From IMG/VR virus record IMGVR_UViG_3300006793_000013: a stretch of 64,000 bases of DNA. One strand, 5' to 3'. Origin of the DNA: a virus. Within the stretch, counting starts at the first letter, position 1. Each line of letters opens with the position of its first letter. Positions 57,591-64,000 of the stretch are shown one piece after another. A model generated the notes under the pieces. That model did no database searches. It was not told where the DNA came from and saw only the letters and a list, made by a program, of their open reading frames with translations. Position numbers and translations under genes: made by a program.

Positions 57591-58496
57591 ATGAGAGTAG
57601 TCGAGTTCGACGTATTCTTTTTATCGTATGATGAACCGTTTGCTGATTTGCATTATGCAGATCTGTGTAATAAATTACCCTGGGCAAAACGTGTACATGG
57701 TGTAAAAGGAAGTGACCATGCACATAAAGCATGTGCAGAGCAATCTGAAACTGATTGGTTGCTTACAGTTGATGCAGACAATATAGTATATCCTGAATAT
57801 TTTAATCTTGACTTAGACATGTCAGAAGAAGAAATTAAAGTTTATAGTTGGTGTGGAAAGAATACTGTTAATGGTTTACGTTACGGTAACGGCGGATTAA
57901 AGTTATGGTCTAAAGATCATTTACTTAATATGAAAACGCATGAAAACGCAGATAGCGAAAGAGCTCAAGTTGATTTTTGTTGGGAAACAGGTTACAGAAA
58001 CTTTCCTATGACATACAGTGATACAAAAGTAAATGCAACTCCATACCATGCATGGAGAGCAGGTTTTCGAGAAGGTGTTAAAATGACACTGTCCGATGGA
58101 TTAAAACTTCCGCCTATGGAAATTAAAGAAAGAATTTGGTGGCACAATATTCACAGACTTAGAATGTGGTCAACTGTTGGCTCACATGTAGAAAACGGTA
58201 TTATGTCAATATTAGGTGCAAGGCAAGGAACATATATGACTAACTGTACAGACTGGGATCATATACAAGTTAGAGACTTTGAAATACTTGGCGATATATG
58301 GAAAGAAAAAGCAGAACACTTTTCAAAAGACAGCGAAGCATGTATTGCAGAAATTAAACGGTTAGGTAATGAAATCAATATAAACTTAGGTCTTGATTGG
58401 GTTTGGTTAGAACCTGATGCAAGTAGGTATACAATGGATTTATATGACGAAGCATTAAACCTAGGCCAAACTTATTATAGTAAAAAATATGTATGA
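57591..58496 (+). CDS. GT-A fold glycosyltransferase (GT2-like)
   Basis: DVFFLSYDEP, VKG...AH, TVDADN (DxD), YGNGGLKLW, AWRAGFREGVK. Confidence 0.7.
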   Translation: MRVVEFDVFFLSYDEPFADLHYADLCNKLPWAKRVHGVKGSDHAHKACAEQSETDWLLTVDADNIVYPEYFNLDLDMSEEEIKVYSWCGKNTVNGLRYGNGGLKLWSKDHLLNMKTHENADSERAQVDFCWETGYRNFPMTYSDTKVNATPYHAWRAGFREGVKMTLSDGLKLPPMEIKERIWWHNIHRLRMWSTVGSHVENGIMSILGARQGTYMTNCTDWDHIQVRDFEILGDIWKEKAEHFSKDSEACIAEIKRLGNEININLGLDWVWLEPDASRYTMDLYDEALNLGQTYYSKKYV

Positions 58497-60129
58497 TATC
58501 TTTTTTGTCAGTGACGGGAACGTTAATGAAATAGCATGGAGTAATTTCAAGGCAAGATTCCCACACGCACAAAAAATAGAAAATTGTGAAAGTTATGAAA
58601 CACTAAACAAAAAGTCTCTTACAAAAAACTTTTGGGTAGTATGGGACAATTTGTATCTAACACAAGATTTCGATTTAACATATAGAGTTACAGAATGGGA
58701 CGATCAGTACATTCATGTATTTAAAAATGGTGAACATTTTGATGGTGTATGTTTATTTCCTAAAAACTTAAATGTAGCAAACAAAGAATGGAAATACAGA
58801 TTTTTTACAGACAAGAAAGAGATTGATATAGTAGCAAGTACACCTAAGCCGTATGATATTGTTAAATTAGATAGTTATGAAGGACTTGTTACAGCACAAG
58901 AAATTGCACAATCAGAATTTATATTGTGTATACCTGATGACGTAATTCCAAACGATATACCTCAATACCAAGTTCCTTTTTGGGATAAAGATGTTGTACA
59001 TGTTTTTAAAAATAATAAAACGTATGATGGTATCTTTATTTGTCATAAAGATAATAAAATTGCTAAACGTGAATTTGATTATAGATTTTTTACAAATAAA
59101 AAAGAAATCAATATAGTAGCAAGTGAACCTAAGAAGTGGGAAATATTTCAATTAGCAACTTTTGAAGATTATCAAAACGCACAAGAAAAAGCAACAGGTG
59201 ATATGTTCTGGGGTGTGTATCCTGATCTAAATATTATTGATAGTTTTAAGTTTGATTATTACATTCCTAAGTATGACAGTTATCATAGAAAACTTACACA
59301 CTGTTTTCAAAACAATGGCCAGTTCTATGACGGAGTTACATTGTTTTCAAAAGAACGTCCTGTAACAGAACGTGAATTTAAATCAAGATTCTTTACTAAC
59401 AAAAAAGATGTAAAAGAAAATAGTAGTAAGCAAACACTTTATGATATTGCGTTTATAAGTTATAAAGAAAAAAATGCAGATAAGCATTTTAAAGAATTAC
59501 AAGATATTATAAGGGTACAAGATCCTAGTATAAAGTTACGTTGGATACGTGATGTAAAAGGTATTCATCAAGCACATATGGAAGCAGCAAGATTATGTGA
59601 AACAAATATGTTTTGGGTAGTTGATGGCGATGCTCAATTAATTAAACACTTTAAATTTAATCATATTGTTCCGTTTTGGGATCAAGACACTGTGCATGTA
59701 TGGAGAAGTAAAAACGCAGTAAATGATTTAGAATATGGTTACGGTGGTGTAAAATTATTACCAAGACAAGCAGTTATGGATATTACAGACTTTACTACAG
59801 ACATGACAACAAGCCTATCTACAAAGTTCAGAGCAATGAACGAAGTAAGTAACATTAGTGTGTTTGATACTGATGAATACAGTACATGGAAAAGTGCATT
59901 CAGAGAATGTGTTAAATTGGCTAGTAGATCTATTAACAGACAGGATAATATGGAAACTGAGAAACGTTTAGATATCTGGTGTAAAGAAGCAAAAGGACCT
60001 TTTGCAGAGTACGCACTAACAGGAGCAAAAGCTGGTAGAGAATACGGAGTTGCAAATAGTAACAAGCCAGAAAATCTACGTAAGATAAATGACTTTGATT
60101 GGTTAAAGGAAAAGTTTAATGCAGGATAA
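58489..60129 (+). CDS. Glycosyltransferase-like protein with three internal repeats and a C-terminal GT-A domain
   Basis: Three RFFT(D/N)KK repeats; C-terminus (VKGIHQAH, VVDGDA, YGYGGVKL, WKSAFRECVK) parallels 57591-58496. Confidence 0.65.
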   Translation: MYDIFFVSDGNVNEIAWSNFKARFPHAQKIENCESYETLNKKSLTKNFWVVWDNLYLTQDFDLTYRVTEWDDQYIHVFKNGEHFDGVCLFPKNLNVANKEWKYRFFTDKKEIDIVASTPKPYDIVKLDSYEGLVTAQEIAQSEFILCIPDDVIPNDIPQYQVPFWDKDVVHVFKNNKTYDGIFICHKDNKIAKREFDYRFFTNKKEINIVASEPKKWEIFQLATFEDYQNAQEKATGDMFWGVYPDLNIIDSFKFDYYIPKYDSYHRKLTHCFQNNGQFYDGVTLFSKERPVTEREFKSRFFTNKKDVKENSSKQTLYDIAFISYKEKNADKHFKELQDIIRVQDPSIKLRWIRDVKGIHQAHMEAARLCETNMFWVVDGDAQLIKHFKFNHIVPFWDQDTVHVWRSKNAVNDLEYGYGGVKLLPRQAVMDITDFTTDMTTSLSTKFRAMNEVSNISVFDTDEYSTWKSAFRECVKLASRSINRQDNMETEKRLDIWCKEAKGPFAEYALTGAKAGREYGVANSNKPENLRKINDFDWLKEKFNAG

Positions 60130-61486
60130 AGATAGGATAGAAAAATTTATACCTATTATGGACGAGCTAAGTCCTACATTCTGTATGGCCAAATGGCATC
60201 ATACAACGTTGTATTTAGGTACAGGAGAAACACATAGTTGTTATCACCCTGCACCACACAAAATACCTTTGCATGAAATAGAAGCAGATCCTAGTGCGTT
60301 ACATAATACACAGCAGAAAAAAGCAGAACGCCAAGAAATGATGGACGGCAAAAAGCCTAGCGGATGTCAATACTGTTGGAATGTTGAATGTATGGGTAAA
60401 GACTATATAAGCGATCGTAAAGAACGTAACGCAAGTATATACACGCCTGAAAGATTTAATGCAATTAAACAAGAACCAATGGCGAATGTAAATCCACAGT
60501 ATGTTGAAGTTTCGTTTGGTAATGAATGTAATTTTAAGTGCGGTTATTGTCACCCTAAACATTCTAGCAGTTACTACAAAGAAATTGAAAAAGAAGGTCC
60601 GTACACTATGGTTAAGAATCATAGGAATGATATTGACTGGTTTAAAATACACAAAGATGAAGAAACAAATCCGTATGTTAAAGCATGGTGGAAGTGGTGG
60701 CCTGAATTGCGTAAGACACTTACGATTTTACGTATTACAGGAGGCGAACCCTTATTACAGCAAAGCACATGGAGAGTATTTGACGAGCTTGAAAAGAATC
60801 CTTGTCCTAATTTAGAATTAAACATTAATACTAACTTAGGTGTTAAGCCTATTCTTATTGAACGGTTCACTGACAAAGTAAACAGTTTGGTTGAAAAAGG
60901 CTGTATCAAAGACTTTAAAATCTTTACTAGTATTGATACATGGGGACCACAAGCAGAGTATATTAGAACAGGCTTAGACTTAGAGCTATGGGAAAAGAAT
61001 CTAGACATGTACATGACTAGAACTAATATGCCTTTAACATTTATGGTTACATTTAATATTTTAACTGTAACTAACTTTAGCACATTATTGCAAAAGTTTT
61101 TAGACTGGCGTATAAAGTATAATAGTGATAATCAAACTAAGTGGCAGCGTATTAGATTTGATACTCCGTATTTAAAAGAGCCGCTACAATACGATATGAA
61201 CATCTTACCTAAAGATAAATTTATGCCGTACATGAAAAAGCATTTACAGTTTATTGTTGATAACATGGACGATCAAGATAGGCATAAATTTAGTGAACTA
61301 GAGTATGAAAAGTTTAGACGTGTAGTAGACTATATGGAAAGAACACAGTACGATGTTAACAGATTAACAGAAGGTCGAAAAGATTTTTATCAGTGGTTTA
61401 CTGAATACGACAAAAGAAGAAATGTTAACTTCACTAATACATTTCCAGACTTAAAGGACTTCTACTATGACTGCGAAAAGGTCTGA
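60119..61486 (+). CDS. Radical SAM protein with N-terminal SPASM/twitch-like region
   Basis: CNFKCGYC triad, ITGGEP, NTN, SID; N-terminal FC..KW...SC...CQYC. Confidence 0.9.
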   Translation: MQDKDRIEKFIPIMDELSPTFCMAKWHHTTLYLGTGETHSCYHPAPHKIPLHEIEADPSALHNTQQKKAERQEMMDGKKPSGCQYCWNVECMGKDYISDRKERNASIYTPERFNAIKQEPMANVNPQYVEVSFGNECNFKCGYCHPKHSSSYYKEIEKEGPYTMVKNHRNDIDWFKIHKDEETNPYVKAWWKWWPELRKTLTILRITGGEPLLQQSTWRVFDELEKNPCPNLELNINTNLGVKPILIERFTDKVNSLVEKGCIKDFKIFTSIDTWGPQAEYIRTGLDLELWEKNLDMYMTRTNMPLTFMVTFNILTVTNFSTLLQKFLDWRIKYNSDNQTKWQRIRFDTPYLKEPLQYDMNILPKDKFMPYMKKHLQFIVDNMDDQDRHKFSELEYEKFRRVVDYMERTQYDVNRLTEGRKDFYQWFTEYDKRRNVNFTNTFPDLKDFYYDCEKV

Positions 61487-62663
61487 TACATTTTGCATTT
61501 TACCTTGGTTGCACATGTATGTAAATCCAGACGGGTCAGTACTACCTTGTTGTGTTGGTGAATGGGACAAACCCTTAGGTAATGTAAGACAACACACAAT
61601 CAAAGAAATTTGGAATGATAAACCTTATAAGCAGATGCGTAAAAACATGCTTGAAGGAAAACGTTGTGTAGAATGCCAAGCATGTTATAACATAGAAGAT
61701 GGCGGCGCAGAAAGTTCAAGAATACATGCTAACAGCAATCCATACTTTGGTGATACCACAGGGCTAATAGCACATACAGAAGATGACGGAACATTGCCAG
61801 TAATGCATCTAAAACACTTTGATGTACGCTGGAGTAATATTTGTAACTTTAAATGCCGTAGTTGTAGTAGCACATATTCTAGCACATGGGCGCAAGAAGA
61901 TAATGCACAAGGTGAAAAGAAACCTATCTTCATTTTAGCAGATGGCAATGACAACGATAAGTTGTATAACCAATTCCTTCCACACTTTAAAGACATTGAA
62001 ACATTTTACTTTGCTGGTGGCGAACCTTTGCTTACAGATAAGCACTATGATATACTAGAACACCTTATTTCAATAGGTAAAACAAATGTGAAGTTAGAGT
62101 ATAATAGTAACTGTAGTGTGCTAAAATACAAGTCTAAGAGCGTCTTAGAGCTATGGAAACACTTTGATACTATACACATAGGTGCAAGTTTAGATCATTA
62201 TGGAAGCAGAGCAGAATATATTAGATCAGGAACAGATTGGAATTTAATTAAAAGTAATATACAAAAGATAAAGCAAGAATGTCCGCACATTAAAATGCAA
62301 AGCAATACAGTTGTTAGTGTTTTTAATTTATACACACTAACAGACTTTTTTGATTATGTGTTAAATGAGGGCTTCTTTGATATCGAAGATTATTTCCCAC
62401 AGATGTATAATATACAATATCCAGAATATTACACAGCATCAGTATTAGATGATGCATTTAAAACAGAAATTATTGAAAAGATACAAAGCAAAAAATATAA
62501 CAAGCATATTGACGATATGCTAAAAGGTGTTGTAAGTTATATAAACAATTCTAAGTTTAATGAAAAAACAAGACAGCAGTTTAAAAATCGTACACACCAC
62601 TATGACATAATTAGAAATGAAAACTTTGAGGAAACATTTCCTGAACTGAAAGGATTGATATAA
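61467..62663 (+). CDS. Radical SAM protein with N-terminal SPASM/twitch-like region
   Basis: CNFKCRSC triad, FAGGEP; N-terminal FCILPW...DG.V.PCC...CQAC. Confidence 0.9.
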   Translation: MTAKRSDTFCILPWLHMYVNPDGSVLPCCVGEWDKPLGNVRQHTIKEIWNDKPYKQMRKNMLEGKRCVECQACYNIEDGGAESSRIHANSNPYFGDTTGLIAHTEDDGTLPVMHLKHFDVRWSNICNFKCRSCSSTYSSTWAQEDNAQGEKKPIFILADGNDNDKLYNQFLPHFKDIETFYFAGGEPLLTDKHYDILEHLISIGKTNVKLEYNSNCSVLKYKSKSVLELWKHFDTIHIGASLDHYGSRAEYIRSGTDWNLIKSNIQKIKQECPHIKMQSNTVVSVFNLYTLTDFFDYVLNEGFFDIEDYFPQMYNIQYPEYYTASVLDDAFKTEIIEKIQSKKYNKHIDDMLKGVVSYINNSKFNEKTRQQFKNRTHHYDIIRNENFEETFPELKGLI

Positions 62664-63901
62664 TGAATTTTTATTTTGATACCATGGACGAATCAACAGA
62701 AAATTTAGCTCATCTTTCTACTACAGATGAAACTGATTGGTATCTAACTTCTAAAGGAACAATTATTAAAAATACATTGCGCAGTATGAAGAAGCCTGTA
62801 CAAGAATTAGTAAACTGTCAACATTCGCCTGGCATATATTATATTGATGTTAATGGAGATCCTTGTTGGTGGACTGGACTTAGTTCTGTACATAATGGTC
62901 CAACAGATATTATATCTGCACTGCCAAAGAATATTGTAAAACTAGTAAAGAAAAAAAGATTAAGACTTGTAATTGGTGCTGATAAAGAGGGAGGACCTTT
63001 TATACATAAAGCATTAGGTGATGGGTGGCAGCGTATACACGATGCTGCAATCGAAAGAGGCCTGCCGCCTCTATCTGTTTACATTATGCAAGGAAGTCAA
63101 CTAGTTGAAAAACACTACGAAGATTGGTTAGAGAAAACAGGTAATCCACGTATGTTTGAAGTTGCATATTCAAATCACTTCTTAAAGATATTTATGAATC
63201 AATCTATGCCCTACAAGCCATTAATTAAAGGTGCAATGTATAGAGAAGAAAGCAAAGCATTTAACAGTTTAAATAGGGTACATAGACCGCATAGAGCTGC
63301 ACACGTAACAGACTTAGGCATTAGTGGGCTATTAGACAAAGGGATTGTTACATGTAACGAAGTTAAAGAAGGTGAAGATCTAAATGCAGAATACTTGATT
63401 GGTAAAGAGAATTATGCAAGACATAAAGAATTTACTCCAAGATTCTTTGATGGAGACTGGAGTGTTACAAATGCTGCTAATAGTTTTAATCCAGACTTGT
63501 ATGCTAATACGCTTTTAACAGTTGTTACTGAAACTATATTCTTTGACGACAGCGTATTTTTAACAGAAAAATTGTTTAAACCTATTATGCTAGGACATCC
63601 TTTTATTACACTTGCATCAAGAGGAACACTTGCTGGTTTACGTTCATTAGGATTTAGAACAGACTTTAAATTGTTTAATAAGCCCTATGACTTAATTGTA
63701 GATCCATTAGAACGTTTTAAGACTGTGCAACAAAATTTAAAAGAGTGGATTAGTCTTGATTTTAAAACTAAACAAAGACGTTTGCTATATGCATATCCTG
63801 CTGTACAACATAACTTTGAACATGCAAGAACACAAGACTTTTATAAAGATGCAATAACTAATTGTATAAAATCAGCGGAGAAATACTTTGAAACAGTTTA
63901 A
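62663..63901 (+). CDS. Putative GT-B-like glycosyltransferase
   Basis: F.SLNR..RPHR and VVTET.F....FLTEKLFKPI..G.PF...G.L..L...GF.T motifs. Confidence 0.5.
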   Translation: MNFYFDTMDESTENLAHLSTTDETDWYLTSKGTIIKNTLRSMKKPVQELVNCQHSPGIYYIDVNGDPCWWTGLSSVHNGPTDIISALPKNIVKLVKKKRLRLVIGADKEGGPFIHKALGDGWQRIHDAAIERGLPPLSVYIMQGSQLVEKHYEDWLEKTGNPRMFEVAYSNHFLKIFMNQSMPYKPLIKGAMYREESKAFNSLNRVHRPHRAAHVTDLGISGLLDKGIVTCNEVKEGEDLNAEYLIGKENYARHKEFTPRFFDGDWSVTNAANSFNPDLYANTLLTVVTETIFFDDSVFLTEKLFKPIMLGHPFITLASRGTLAGLRSLGFRTDFKLFNKPYDLIVDPLERFKTVQQNLKEWISLDFKTKQRRLLYAYPAVQHNFEHARTQDFYKDAITNCIKSAEKYFETV

Positions 63902-64000
63902 TAACTATAAAAGATGTTTTACATTTGGTTGTAGTTTTACTAGATACAAATGGCCAACTTGGTCTGATATCATTAAACAAGAAATACCAGAAACTATAAA
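63888..64000 (+). CDS. Partial ORF, SGNH/GDSL-like N-terminus
   Basis: GGAG 7 nt before TTG 63888; translates MKQFNNYKRCFTFGCSFTRYKWPTW...; runs off the window. Confidence 0.55.
   Translation, partial: MKQFNNYKRCFTFGCSFTRYKWPTWSDIIKQEIPETI

Noticed and set aside
543-63901. Stop-codon recoding, inteins or interrupted core genes
   Set aside because: Core genes are full length in the standard code; no intein or LAGLIDADG motifs noticed.

Overview
64 kb of an AT-rich, large T4-superfamily myophage genome, with no host genes, tRNAs, CRISPR array or integrase seen. Left arm (minus strand): head module (portal gp20, two scaffolds, protease gp21, major capsid gp23), tape measure-like gene, two Ala/Gly-rich putative internal head proteins, and a gp55-gp47-gp46 operon ending in a minimal GIY-YIG nuclease. 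Right arm (plus strand): baseplate genes (gp48/54-like, gp53-like, hub, gp5, gp25, gp6), a 4594-aa giant structural protein, four paralogous fibre genes, then a glycosyltransferase/radical-SAM cluster running off the edge. A TAAATA late-promoter motif precedes most units. The most notable signals are non-coding: (1) a ~600-nt ORF-free region with nested long-range helices and internal repeats directly 3' of the GIY-YIG gene; (2) a glnA-type glutamine riboswitch behind a late promoter, heading an unknown 64-aa ORF; (3) a -1 frameshift cassette fusing the gp26-like gene to the next frame; (4) an RBS-sequestering hairpin with a late promoter in its loop ahead of the glycosylation cluster; (5) a second structured RNA at the left edge. 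All calls come from reading motifs by eye; no database search or folding program was run.
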